From Octopus sinensis (Eukaryota), in NCBI RefSeq assembly GCF_006345805.1, contig NC_043001.1, positions 12,028,001 through 12,092,000 on the forward strand: a stretch of DNA of 64,000 nt, written 5' to 3'. How positions within the stretch are numbered: position 1 is the first letter of the stretch; every line of letters begins with the position of its first letter. The notes beneath the pieces were generated by a model. The model was not told where the DNA came from and ran no database searches. It saw nothing but the letters and a program-made list of their open reading frames with translations. A program made the position numbers and the translations under genes. Below, in pieces: positions 1 to 12,889 of the stretch.

Positions 1-52
1 TTTTGGAGAAGGTATATTACCGCCATAATTTACTGTTACAATATATAGGATA

Positions 53-454
53 TCTTTATATATAAAAGTGAAGTTGTGTGTCTGTCTCCTACGATTTAGA
101 TTCCTAACTACTCCCACATTTTGCGGTGCAGTTTAACCAAAACCGGGTATCTTATAGTCGTGATTCATATCGAGCCATTCTGGGTATTAGCGCGCGTCTA
201 CGATGAGTCTACGATTTAAAATAAAAAATTACCATCATTTGTTTCCATTTTAATGAATTTATTTCGCTATTATATACGGGAACTAACTCTCTAAAAATGT
301 CTACGATGAGTCAACGATTAAAAACAAAATTTACCATCATTTTTTTTTTCCATTTTTAATGCATTTTTTTGCTATTTTTTGGCTATAACTCTCTAAAAAT
401 GCTTATATAGTTATTTCCCTTACAAACCCGAGCAACGCCGGGCGGTACTGCTAG
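53..454 (+). mobile_element. Non-autonomous Helitron
   Basis: Starts A|TC, ends CTAG|T, with a subterminal hairpin CCCG-AGCAACGC-CGGG (427-442) and no TSD. A second copy is at 35797-36165. Confidence 0.8.
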
Positions 455-876
455 TAATATATAATGAAATTATTGTGTATAGTGCTCAGGTGTACTACAG
501 CTCATCAAAGGTGCACGTACTATACATAGAATTATATACAAACGTCAGGAAAGTGAACAGTGTATGAGTCATGATGTACATGTAACGAACGAGGGTGGAG
601 GATATCAGGTGTAGTGTTGCCGAATTTCAGGAAACATGTAGGTTTTAAAGGATACAATGTCTCGGCAACCAACAACTGATGAAGGTAGTTTATTGCATGA
701 TTCAGTAACTCTGAATATGAAAAAAGTGTTTCCGAAAGTCATAGGACCTATACTGTTTTCTGACTTTGTAGACATTCCCACATGTGTCATAGACACATGG
801 ACCTCAAAAAGGTGCTCAAATTTGTTAAAGGAGAAGGACTCTTATTAAAAGGAAATTGTTATGACTTTTGAATAGT

Positions 877-1060
877 TTATAACCATGCAAAGAGACACAC
901 GCACTGGTACACACACACACTAGCAAAGGCACAGGGACACACCCACACTAGCAAAGGCACAGGGACACACCCACAGACCAACACAGGCATAGTCACACAC
1001 ACACACACACACTCACACAGGTACAGGCACACAAACACACACTCACACACGTACACACAT
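877..1060. repeat. CA-rich microsatellite/minisatellite
   Basis: (CA)n runs and a duplicated ctagcaaaggcacagggacacac unit. Confidence 0.85.
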
Positions 1061-1580
1061 TTATGTACATGCATATATATATACTTTGATACTTTGATAC
1101 TTTGATAGGTTTCGGCCATTATTGGCCCAGGCCATGTCTAACTTAATAGCACCACCTGGTGAAGTCTTTCAAGTCAGAATTTGGGCACTATGGCCCACTC
1201 AAGTAGAGAGTTATTGTTTACAGAGACATATCCGGGGTAGGGGGTTTATCCGGGATTTCTTGAAGGAATCTGCCCAAAGACTTCTTGAACCCTATAGGGT
1301 CAGTTTATATATTAATGGGTTGATTTTTCAAATAAAATATACTGTCTCATATATGTAAAGGCGCTGCGATGAAGAGTTGTTGGTCGTTAGGCCGTTATAA
1401 CTGTATTAACTATAACTATTATTTATAGCATAATAGTGAAAATATGAAATACACAAATACGTATGAACTAGGATAATGTTATTGTTTTTCACAAAAAGAC
1501 ATACACGTACATGCATATACATGCATTCACACTTATACAAACTTATCCTACCATCCGTATACACACACATACACACACAC

Positions 1581-1630
<50 letters not shown>

Positions 1631-1638
1631 GCACACAT

Positions 1639-2308
1639 AGGTATCTTGGTATCTTTTCGCCTTCGGCCCAGTGCGTCCATGCTGCCAACAAAGCACGCGG
1701 AATTCTGTTCTTGATTCGACGGTCTTTCGGAATGCTCACAGCAGCCATATTCCTACCACTCTATGTCACGCTGGTGAGACCCATATTGGAGTATGGGATT
1801 CAGGCCTCTTCTCCTTATCTCCTCAAAGACATACAGCATCTCGAAAGAGTCCAGAGGCTGGCTACCCGCATGGTTCATTGTCTCAAAAATTTGTCCTACG
1901 AAGAAAGGCTGAGGACGCTCGACCTTTATTCTCTTGAAAAACGCCGCCGCCGTAGTGATCTCATTCTCGCCCACAACATCATAAGCGGAAAGTGTAACCT
2001 CTCGAAAGAGCTGTTCTTCACTCCTGCTCCAGAGCGTCGGCTGCGGGGTCATTCCGAAAAGCTCTACCTGCGACGATTTCATCTCAATCGAAGGAGAGGA
2101 GCTTTCTCCGTCCGGGTTGCGGATCCGTGGAACAAGCTGCCAGACGAGATGGTGAAGATGCCGACGACCGCTTTGTTCAAAGCCTCCCTGGACCTCAAGT
2201 GGCCTGAACTCTTTACACGAACACCACCCTGTACTTAACTCCATGTCCCTCTACATGGCCTTGCTATTTGCTTTTGAGCCAAATTAACTAACTAACTAAC
2301 TAACTAAC
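1639..2308 (+). mobile_element. CR1/L2-type LINE, 5'-truncated 3' end (RT C-terminus, 3'UTR, (TAAC)n tail)
   Basis: ORF 1711-2238 has the CR1/L2 C-terminal pattern (LVRPILEY...LERVQRLATR...YEERL...LEKRR...R..F...RV...WN.LP) and ends in (TAAC)n. Near-identical to 14487-15338. Confidence 0.9.
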
Positions 2309-2321
2309 ATATATATATACG

Positions 2322-2550
2322 AGGCGAGCTGGCAGAAACGGTAGCACGCCGGGCGAAATGCGTAGCTGTATTTCGTCTGCCGTTACGTTCTGAGTTCAAA
2401 TTCCGCCGAGGTTGACTTTGCCTTTCATCCTTTCGGGGTCGACAAATTAAGTACCAGTTACGCACTGGGGTCGATGGAATCGACTTAATCGCTTTGTCTG
2501 TCGTTGTTTGTCCCCTCTGTGTTTAGCCCCTTGTGGGTAGTAAAGAAATA
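2322..2550 (+). mobile_element. SINE family B (head GGCGAGCTGGCAGAA, core CTTTGCCTTTCATCCTTTCGGGGTCGA)
   Basis: Matches copies at 44264, 47367, 48070, 35033 and 51500; tRNA-like head with a B-box-like GAGTTCAAATTCC. Confidence 0.85.
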
Positions 2551-2599
2551 TATATATATACAATACCTCACTACTTTCACCCATTCATATTCTCCCTTC

Positions 2600-2815
2600 T
2601 CTGTTTTTTTCTTCTTCTTCCTCTTCTTCTTCATCATCATCATTATCATCATCATCGTCGTCGTCATCATCATGATCTTCTCCTTCTCCTCCTTCTTCTT
2701 CTTCTTCTTCTTCTTCTTCTTCTTCTTCATCATCATCATCAACATCGTCATCTTCTTCTTCTTCTTCTTCTTTTTCTTCTTCTTCTTCTTCTTCTTCTCC
2801 TACTTCTCCACCTTC
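2600..2815. repeat. Compound (TTC)/(CAT) trinucleotide microsatellite
   Basis: Read directly from the sequence. Confidence 0.95.
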
Positions 2816-2859
2816 TACCTCTTAACTTTGTCACTAATGCTTTTTAGTATAACACCTAC

Positions 2860-3246
2860 GCAAATTCCATAAACAAGCCTTTCAATAGAAATATTCTCCT
2901 GAATTGAACTGCGACTGCAAGCTGCCACTGACCATTCAAAATACGACCATTAGGGCACTCCCAGATTTTCCCACCCCCTCTCCTCATCAGCCTTCTTCTT
3001 CTACCCTACCAAGAATTCACAACGACCTAGAACACACAAGTGCAAACAAGGGGGTCAGAGAAAGGCAGAATGCCACTTATATCTGAACACTATACAAATA
3101 TTCCTTTAAAAAAACTTTTCTTCTAATTTTTCTAAATTTAATTATTTAATCGTTACAGTTGAAAAGGTCTCAAAATGACCGAAACCGGTACTGAAATATT
3201 CTTTATAAAATTGTTTTAGCATCTTCTATTTTGACTTATTTTTTCA
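2860..3246 (+). mobile_element. Penelope-like element 3' remnant carrying a hammerhead
   Basis: Degenerate GIY-YIG C-terminal-like reading (QRKAECHLYLNT), followed by a hammerhead motif and ending at (TA)n. Confidence 0.5.
3156..3193 (+). ncRNA. Minimal type I hammerhead ribozyme, U3:A8 variant
   Basis: CAG-TTGAAAA-GGTC-tcaaaat-GACC-GAAA-CCGG-TA-CTG: stem I CAG/CTG, stem II GGTC/GACC, palindromic stem III ACCGGT, cleavage triplet GUA. Confidence 0.7.
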
Positions 3247-3307
3247 TATATATATATATATATATATATACGTACGTACATACACACATATATATATATA
3301 TATATAT

Positions 3308-5467
3308 GTATTTCACGTTCATTATATATAAAAACATTCATTCTTATATTATTGCGGCGTTACGTGCACCCCCCCGTTTGTTTGTCCAATTTTAAACCCT
3401 GCACGACTTCTATACACACTGTCTTTTACTACCCGCCATTGCTTCTTCACCAAACTTTTTTGGCGCCCTCCGATTCTTCCCCTCTCTTCCTCCCCTCTTC
3501 CTCCCATCCTCCTTAATCCCTTCTTTCTCCTTCTCTCTTGGTCACTGATTCTGTCCCCTGCCTTCCACCCTCTTTGATTCCCTCTCTCTCTGTCTCTCTT
3601 TCTCTCTCTCCTGACCTGCTGCTTCTTCAACCATTCTGTTGGCCTTCGTATCTCGACCAACATGTGTCCCCGCTACCGAAACGGTAATTATTTCTACGCC
3701 AGCTGCTATGTTGTTGTTTTGTCTCATTTGGTCTAAAGTCGTATGACAACCACCGTTATATACATTTTGTTTTTTCATTACTGTTTTCAATTTCGTTTTC
3801 GTCTCTGTATTCACATCCGTCTTGTGCGTTCACATTCCTGTCTTCTACCAAGAAATCTAATGCTTACAGCTTAGTTTTTTTCTTGGGGCTGGCCGAGTTG
3901 GAGCAAATATCAGAATTGAACAGCCGAATTTGCTATGATGATTCGTGTCTGACTGAAGATTGAAGGCTTCGAATGATTTGTCTGTGTTCCGTGTTCGTCC
4001 CTTCCTGTATTTCACGTTCATTATATATAAAAACATATTTTTCTTAATTATTTGCGGCGGCGTTACGTGCACCCCCCCGTTTGTTTGTCCATTTTAAACC
4101 CTGCACGACTTCTATACACACTGTCTTTTACTACCCGCCATTGCTTCTTCACCAAACTTTTTTGGCGCCCTCCGATTTTCCCCTCTCTCCTCCCATCCTC
4201 CTCCCCTCTTCCTCCCATCCTCCTTAATCCCTTCTTTCTCCTTCTCTCTTGGTCACTGATTCTGTCCCCTGCCTTCCACCCTCTTTGATTCCCTCTCTCT
4301 CTGTCTCTCTTTCTCTCTCTCCTGACCTGCTGCTTCTCAACCATTCTGTTGGCCTTCGTATCTCGACCAACATGTGTCCCCGCTACCGAAACGGTAATTA
4401 TTCTACGCCAGCTGCTATGTTGTTGTTTTGTCTCATTGGTCTAAAGTCGTATGACAACCACCGTTATATACATTTTGTTTTTTCATTACTGTTTTCAATT
4501 TCGTTTTCGTCTCTTGTATTCACATCCGTCTTGTGCGTTCACATTCCTGTCTTCTACCAAGAATCTAATGCTTACAGCTTAGTTTTTTTTCTTGGGGCTG
4601 GCCGAGTTGGAGCAAATATCAGAATTGAACAGCCGAAATTTGCTATGATGATTCGGTGCCTGACTGAAGATTGAAGGCTTCGAATGATTTGTCTGTGTTC
4701 CGTGTTCGTCCCTTCCTGTATTTCACGTTCATTATAATAAAAACATTCATTCTTATATTATTGCGGCGTTACGTGCACCCCCCGTTTGTTTGTCCAATTT
4801 AAAACCCTGCACGACTTCTATACACACTGTCTTTTACTACCCGCCATTGCTTCTTCACCAAACTTTTTTGGCGCCTCCGATTCTTCCCCTCTCTTCCTCC
4901 CATCCTCCTCCCCTCTTCCTCCCATCCTCCTTAATCCCTTTTCTCCCTTCTCTCTTGGTCACTGATTCTGTCCCCTGCCTTCCACCCTCTTTGATTCCCT
5001 CTCTCTCTGTCTCTCTTTCTCTCTCTCCTGACCTGCTGCTTCTTCAACCATTCTGTTGGCCTTCGTATCTCGACCAACATGTGTCCCCGCTACCGAAACG
5101 GTAATTATTTCTACGCCAGCTGCTATGTTGTTGTTTTGTCTCATTTGGTCTAAAGTCGTATGACAACCACCGTTATATACATTTTGTTTTTTCATTACTG
5201 TTTTCAATTTCGTTTTCGTCTCTTGTATTCACATCCGTCTTGTGCGTTCACATTCCTGTCTTCTACCAAGAAATCTAATGCTTACAGCTTAGTTTTTTTT
5301 CTTGGGGCTGGCCGAGTTGGAGCAAATATCAGAATTGAACAGCCGAAATTTGCTATGATGATTCGGTGTCTGACTGAAGATTGAAGGCTTCGAATGATTT
5401 GTCTGTGTTCCGTGTTCGTCCCTTCCTGTATTTCACGTTCATTATATATAAAAACATTCATTCTTAT
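3308..5467. repeat. Tandem array of three ~700-bp units plus a ~40-bp terminal redundancy
   Basis: Units start at 3308, 4007 and 4718, with a partial unit at 5428; flanked by (TA)n on both sides. Confidence 0.95.
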
Positions 5468-5785
5468 ATATATATATACATGTATAATATATAATATATA
5501 ATTGTTAAACAGGACAACAAACATCAAATCAAAGGAAACAGCATAAGTCTTATACAATATTATCATTAGGAAAACATCTCCAATAATAATAATATTCTAT
5601 ACGACTTGATGTTTGCCTTGCTTTAATGTTTGTTGTCCTGTTTAACAATTATATATCCACTGCATCGGAAATCTGCAATCGCTCCATATATATCGTCTCG
5701 GCTATAACCTTGGAGCCCTAGTAAACTGTTACAGCATTTATCTAGCGTAATAATCGTTTAGATCACCTGTGAATTAAACCCACAT

Positions 5786-5787
5786 AC

Positions 5788-5837
<50 letters not shown>

Positions 5838-5946
5838 GTATATATGTATATATTATATGTATATGTATATATATATGTATATTATATAGATATATATATG
5901 TATATGTATATATTATGTATATATATATATATATTATATGTATATG

Positions 5947-6008
<62 letters not shown>

Positions 6009-6099
6009 CATATATATATATAGTATATATATATGTATATAATATATATATTTGTATATATATATGTATATATATATATGTATATATATATATTATATA

Positions 6100-6143
<44 letters not shown>

Positions 6144-6145
6144 TG
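5786..6145. repeat. (TA)n/(TATG) microsatellite (representative of many, e.g. 26530-26810, 33480-33720, 53930-54280, 56690-56965)
   Basis: Read directly from the sequence. Confidence 0.95.
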
Positions 6146-6354
6146 TATATTTAGATATACAAAAGTATGTGAACAAACCAAAGTTATAAACGCACGCATT
6201 TAATCATATTCAGCGATATGGATATAAGATAAAATTCAATAAGTGTTCTATGCTGAATAATTGTTATATTCTATATGTTTGGCTATTATTTACATTCAGT
6301 TATTAATAGTTTCAAGAAAAAATCCTTCAAGAATGTTCAAATATTTTTAAACAA

Positions 6355-6415
<61 letters not shown>

Positions 6416-7188
6416 ATGTTAAATGTAAGAGTTGCGATATTAATGCGAAATTTGCAGTGAATACTTTTTTGGTATGTTATTAAGTCATTAAGATATCATC
6501 TTTCATGTTTGAAAGATTTGCATGTTTTCAAGATTTCATGTTAGCGTTTATTAATTTTTTTCTTTTTTGAAGACAAATTTTCCCTTGCGTGTATCACCTG
6601 AATATATTTATATGTACTTTATGTACATTTCCTCTGCTAACCTCAATCAAAAACTACAATATTCGTGTTAATCCGTTCGCATTTTACGTCCAAGTTTATA
6701 CACTGACGACGTCGAATATATAACGTTCAATTACGTAATGAATGATTACGTACCGGTAATCTGTTTTGGAAGATATCAGAAGTGCATTGTATATCATATT
6801 TAATACCGTTAAGAGAACGGGCATTATATCCATATTATTATTATTCAGTTCCCATTAAGTGGTCATACGGTACGCAATCTCGAGTTATGTGTGCATGACC
6901 CAATACTAGAGAAATAGTTGCTATGGCGACATTAGTGAGTCGTATACTCATTTTATACTGACTGACAGGAGCCATGGAGAGTAAACAGTATTGTTATACA
7001 ACACAATCGAATCATACACTGGGGGAATCGAAATCATGTCCTTACGGTCGAAAATCTAACACAATAACTACGTGGCCACTTGCATACATGTATACATAAA
7101 CACACAAACGCCTATAATATTTGCAAGGATCATTTTACCAATCAATATAGATTCTTTAAGTTTAAATATTAAGTAAATTTAATAACGA

Positions 7189-7586
7189 GGCGTAGGAGTG
7201 GCTGTGTTGTAAGTAGCTTGCTTACAAACCACATGGTTCCAGATTCAGTCCCACTGCGTGACACCTTGGGCAAGTGTCTTCTACTATAGCCTCGGGCCTA
7301 CGAAACCTAGTGAGTGGATTTGGTAGACGGAAACTGAAAGAAGCCCGTCGTATATATATATATATATGTGTGTGTTTGTGTGTGTGTGTTTGTTCCCCCA
7401 ACATCACTTGACAACCGATGGTGATGTGTTTACGTCCCCGTAACTTAGCGGTTCAGGAAAAGAGACCGATGGAATAAGTACTAGGCTTACAAAGAATAAG
7501 TCCTGGGGTCGACTAAAGAAGGTGCCCCAGCATGGCCACAGTCAAATGACTGAAACAAGTAAAAGAATTAAAAAGAGTAAAAGAGT
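7189..7586 (+). mobile_element. SINE family A (tRNA-derived head GGCGTAGGAGTGGCTGTGTGGTAAG, internal (TA)/(TG) tract, tail GAAACAAGTAAAAGAG)
   Basis: A/B-box-like head; shared with more than 10 copies in the window. Confidence 0.9.
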
Positions 7587-8991
7587 AATCAATTAATCAA
7601 ATATCGATTTATTCGTCAGAGTATTTTTGTTACTTTACCGTAGTCTCTCCAGAGATTTACAATACCATAAGTTTCCATTTCTTTCTAAGTCCATTGCATT
7701 TATTTTTTGTTACGTAATCAAGCATTATCTAAATATTGTCAAACCAATGTCTTTGCGCTGATATATATGTAAAATCCTTTAATAGAACGATTCTCCTGTA
7801 TTTCGAAAGCAGAACAAATCTGAATACAACTAATTTCGATCCCACCTTCATTTCTATCACCACACACACTAATATATTTTGCATGGCTATATGGAAAATA
7901 TACGTTTCAAATTGTGCTGCGATTCTTTTGTATTTTCGCAATATAAGATATATGAGGTCCGTGTCCTTTCGAATATATTCGTTGTACGTTATATACTTTT
8001 TTTTTTCCAATCATATATTGGAAAGTATTTATTACACTCAGTATAACCAACTATTTGTTCAGCACGCTTTTATTAGGTTAATGAAGATATCTCTTCGTGT
8101 TTCTGGGTGAATAGCTAGAACGACTAAATGGTGAGAAATCAATAAAATGAGAATAGGAATCTTGTGGAGAAACAGAAATAAAATACATTGTTGTGAGAGC
8201 GAATCGAGATAAATATTTAAAGAAAAGCAAATAAATTTTATTATCGCTATGTCCTATATTTGAAATGGTTTCTCATGTATTATAAAGAATGTGCAATGGG
8301 TTTGGTAACTTTTATAGAACAACCTGGATATAGGAACAATTCCAACGGTCTCAAAGTGAATACAATTAATCCATTATATACATGAGATCTATCAAGCAGA
8401 TAATGGAATATTATTGAAATACAAAAGTGTTTCGTTTGAAAAGAATGTAGTTGCTGTGTGTCTGCTGTATTTGATAAGTGATTAATAACTGTGATAATAA
8501 TGGAAGAGACAAAACGTCGAGCAGTTTAAAAGAAGAGAGACGTACTCGGAAGTAAATGATTGAAACAGGTTTACGTAAGTTCATTCCACTTACATGAATC
8601 ACTAATGAATAAACGTCAAAATTTCCGATCGAACAACGAAACTAATTTTCTAGTAGGCATAAAGGCGGGAAAATAGTAAAATAGCAACAATGAACTTAAT
8701 TATTGCTACTCCAATTTCTGTTGTATTTTGCCGAATTTCAGTGGGCGCCGATTTAATCGATTTCGTCCCTCCAGTATCTAATTAATGCTTCTCATTATGA
8801 AGAAAGGAAATGTAAAATTTAAAGTGTATAACTAGGATTAACTAAAACCTCGGAAAATTTTGTCCGGTGTTTTACTGATACTCTCCTGATCCGCAAAGCC
8901 TACAATCGCCATCCTATCACACACCGTTCTTTTATCAATACAAAATAAGCTTTCATCTATATCTTTACAAGTAAAAAAAAAAGGCAGCTGA

Positions 8992-9180
8992 GGAGGCGCA
9001 GTGACCCAGTGGTTAAGGCAGCGGACTCGCGTTCGTAAGAACGCAGTTTCGATTTCCAGACTGGGTATTGTGAGTGTTTATTAAGTAAAAACACCTAAGC
9101 TTCACGAGGCTCCGACGGGGGTGGGGTGAACCCCGCTGTACTCTTTCACCATGACTTTCTCTCACTCTTTCTTCCTACTT
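8992..9180 (+). mobile_element. SINE family C, partial (head GGAGGCGCAATGGCCCAGTGGTTA)
   Basis: Homologous to full copies at 28668 and 57755. Confidence 0.8.
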
Positions 9181-10559
9181 CTACCACAAAGCAGAGGTAC
9201 CATGGTGTAACCCACTATGGTGTGGTAAACGTCCAGACCCTAGTCTTGATTGCACATCCTCTGTACCCCAGGATGGTTCAGCTCACCACCCGTTAAAAGC
9301 CACTGAATGAGGATAACAACGTAGCTTTCAACACCATACTCTAAATACGATCGATATGTCTGGATAATGTTTACCTGTGTCAATGTTGCTTCACAAAGTA
9401 TCTATGTCGAATGAGATGCAACGCAGTTTAATTAAGTACTACCAGATACTACAAAGCAATGTAGAAAGTACTGCGAAAATTCAATAAAATAGATCTGTGA
9501 AGCCCTAAAATGATGTACTTTTCACAGAGAAAACTCCAGCGAAGCGGAAAAGACCCCAGGCCTTCTGAAACACTATTGGCAAACAAATACGGAATATGGT
9601 CATTCATCAAATAGCCGATGACAGTATGCAGATGAAGATAAATGGCTCTCCATGCTAACCGCTAATAAATCACCTATAACCTACCTGTAGGTTCATTATA
9701 ATTGACAGAAGCAATTAATTAACTTCAACCAGCATCATCGTATTTGAAACTCATTACAAAATTCAATGAACTAGAAAAAATGATGTAGAAATTTTAAAAG
9801 AATTCGTCAGGTGAGTCAACATTCGAATAAGAAAAATAAGCAGCAAGTCATTGAGCGAAGCCATGTGTTCGATAATGTTGTGGAAAAAAAAATGAAATAT
9901 GTATCGATGTTTTTTAAGAAAAGTACGCTTAAATGAAGAATACAAACCCGAAAAAAGAAAAGGAACAAATGATTACTGTTATATCTTCATGCAACAATTT
10001 GCTTGTTGCAATAAAGATCGAGGATTCCTACTCGAAAGACTTGACTTTCAAGAGAGTTTTAAAAAATGAGAGTTTTAATTAATGGAATAAAATTAATTAA
10101 AAAGAAACAACAATATATAATGGCTAACTCAGGCAGTAGGAAAACAAGTACAACAAAATTAAAAATTACTCTTGCAGGTCATTATTTTTTAAAATGTTGT
10201 TTGTTTCTAATTAAACTAAATAATCGCAGAAGTAATTTCTAGAATCGAAGAGCACGAGCTAGCAACAGTGATCGATGGATAAAACCCGAAGCAATAAAAG
10301 GCTTAATTAAGAAAATCAAACTGATTAAGCAATCAAAATGTGGAAGCAACAAAAAAACTGAGTGTATAAATAATCATTTTCAGGACTCTCCAATTAATCA
10401 GCGCTACGTCCATCTAAAAGAATATTGCGGTTGAGGCTGAATCAACGAATTCATTCGCAGCAACAGATACAGACATTGCAGAGTAACCTAGAAAATTAGC
10501 GAAACCGTTTTGTAGAAAACATGGCTCAACCACAACTAACATGATATGCAGACATACAT

Positions 10560-11112
10560 GTGTGTGTGTGTGGGGGGTGTATGGATGTGTGTGTATGTGT
10601 GTGTATTTGTGTGTGTGTGCGTGTGTGTATGTGTGTGTGTTTGTGTGTGTGGGGGGGTGTATGGGTGTGTGTGTATTTGTGTGTGTGTATGAGTGTGTGT
10701 GCATGTGTGGGTGGGTGTGTATTTGTGTGTGTATGTGTGTGTGTGGGTGGGTGTTTATCTGTGTGTGTATGTGTGTGTGTGTGGGTGTGTGTATGTGTGT
10801 GTTTGTGTGTGTGGGGGTGTATGGGTGTGTGTGTGGGTGTGTGTGTATGTGTGTTTGTTTGTGTGTGTGGGGGGTGTATGGGTGTGTGTGTGTGCATGTG
10901 TGGGTGGGTGTGTATTTGTGTGTGTATTTGTGTGTGTATGGATGTGTGTATATGTGTATGTGTGTTTGTGTATTTTTGTGTGGGTGGGTGTGTGTATGGG
11001 TATGTGTGTTTGCGTGTGGGGATGTATGGGTGAGTGTGGGTGGGTGTGTATTTGTGTGTGTATTTGTGTGTGTGTGTGTAGGTGTGTGTATGTGTGTGTG
11101 TATGTGTGTGTA
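10560..11112. repeat. GT-rich minisatellite
   Basis: Variant (GT)n array with gtgtgggggtgtatgg units. Confidence 0.95.
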
Positions 11113-11496
11113 AGTGAATCCATTTCGACAGTAAATATTAACACAAAAAATTTCTTACTATGCGAAGAAATATTTGGAAATAATTATAATATAATACTTC
11201 ATTTCCGTATATAGTTTCCAAACTTCTTGATGTGTTGTAACAAATCATGTTGTGCTTTGGGAGGTTCATGATGCAAATAGTAATAACACACGCCAGGATT
11301 CAATATCACTTCTTTATTGATTATCAAATATTTAAATATGTAAGCATCTAACTAATCGACTGTTTGCTTAATGTGCTAATTAAACGATCAATTGGTTAAC
11401 TGCTTGTTAAATTCTTTCCTCTCTGTTCTCGCCCTTAAAAAGCCAGCTATAGTAGGGGATGTGATGTATACTGACCCATTACTTGTCTAATTTCAG

Positions 11497-11527
11497 GCTT
11501 TTGAAGTCCCTTATGGAGAGATGAAAG
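11497..11527 (+). CDS. Candidate short coding exon (AFEVPYGEMK) of an unidentified host gene
   Basis: Branch-like actgac/ctaat, acceptor tttcag, GC-type donor AAG|GCAAGT. Only one frame is open, and it is phase-compatible with 13428. Confidence 0.45.
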
Positions 11528-12347
11528 GCAAGTCTGATAGTCACAGGTTTTACTGATATGATAACAACTATTTCTAATCTGGGCATGTGGCCAGCATCAT
11601 TATCGGTAAACTGGCAGAATCTTGTTAGCTCGCGGATAAAATGTTTAACGGTTCGTCATTATATTCTGAGTTCAAATTGCACCGATGTCAATTTTGCTTT
11701 TCATCCTTTCGACTTCAATAGAGTAAGTAATTGCTAGCCAAATACTGGCGACGGGCGGTGGGAGGCGGGGCGATGTAACCGACCTCTCTCGTCCCTTAGA
11801 AATTGCTGGACCTGTGGGAAAGTTTGGAACTATTATTATTGATGCAGCGAGCTGGTAGAGTTATGGCAAGACATACAAACTGCTTAGTGGTATTTCTTTT
11901 GCCACTTTACGTGTTCATATATCGCGGAAGTCGCTTTTGCCTTTCATGCAGTCAGAATGGATTAAGTAATTTAGAAGTCAAATACTGAGGTTTATGTAAT
12001 CGATTAACCCACCCTACTTCGAATAATGCTGTCCTTTACCATGTTCTCAAATATTATTTCAAATAATCTTATTTATTTTCTTATTACAGAAATGTACTTG
12101 CATAGCAAGTGACTTGATCTGATATCGTGTGCTGAAACGAAGACAATTGCAGCGTGGAAGGTGTTTATAAGCCATTTAAAAATACACAGAAACCATTAGC
12201 TTCACTTCAACATTTGAATTTAATTTGACAAAATACTTTCATCGCCTTGAAACCGCAACCTGTACATTGAGATGCAGCACGAATTTTGTTAGTGAACAGG
12301 TCGCGGTTTCAAAACGACGAAAATATTTTGACAAATCAATTTTAAAT

Positions 12348-12523
12348 TTATTTAGATCTTTTACATTATCTAGATTTGACGGATATTTGTCCTCATCCTG
12401 TTTGTTGTTAACACAACGTTTCAGCAAATATACCCACCAGCCTTCATCAGGTGTCTTCGAGAAATTTCGAACCTGGGTTCTCATTCCTAAGGTATTTTCG
12501 ATGCTGTTATAATTCTTCTTCTT

Positions 12524-12597
<74 letters not shown>

Positions 12598-12645
12598 CAT
12601 CATCATCATCATCATCACCATCATCATCAGCATCAGCATCATCAC

Positions 12646-12688
<43 letters not shown>

Positions 12689-12771
12689 ATTATTATTATT
12701 ATTATTACTATTATTATTATAATTATTATTATCATCATCATCATTATTATTATTTATTATTATTATTATTA

Positions 12772-12804
<33 letters not shown>

Positions 12805-12828
12805 CATTATTATTATTATTATTATTAC

Positions 12829-12862
<34 letters not shown>

Positions 12863-12889
12863 TTGATTGCCTGGAATCGAACTTGGTCT
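12348..12889 (-). mobile_element. Non-autonomous PLE-type insert with a hammerhead and (AAT)/(GAT)/(AAG) tracts
   Basis: 10-bp duplication AATTTTAAAT at 12338-12347 and 12890-12899; hammerhead motif at 12410-12455. Confidence 0.7.
12410..12455 (-). ncRNA. Minimal type I hammerhead ribozyme motif (stem II weakened)
   Basis: Minus strand reads GACAC-CTGATGA-AGGC...GCT-GAAA-CG-TT-GTGTT, with stem I GACAC/GUGUU and palindromic AACGUU. Confidence 0.55.

Noticed and set aside
676-760. CTGATGA...CCGAAAGTC hammerhead candidate, and ORF 657-848 resembling RT motif B
   Set aside because: Stems I and III do not close properly, and no YADD motif follows, so this is probably an unclassified repeat.
3946-3985. 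CTGAAGA...CGAAT hammerhead-like motif in each tandem unit
   Set aside because: It has GAAT instead of GAAA, no valid stem III/UH, and no stem I partner, so it is not called functional.
7736-8110. 124-aa hydrophobic ORF with an overlapping antisense ORF
   Set aside because: No recognisable motif or clear splice structure; hydrophobic ORFs arise by chance in AT-rich DNA.
10380-10510. Minus-strand terminal exon candidate (ttttctag|GTTACTC...)
   Set aside because: No partner minus-strand exons were found, and all frames are short and unrecognisable.
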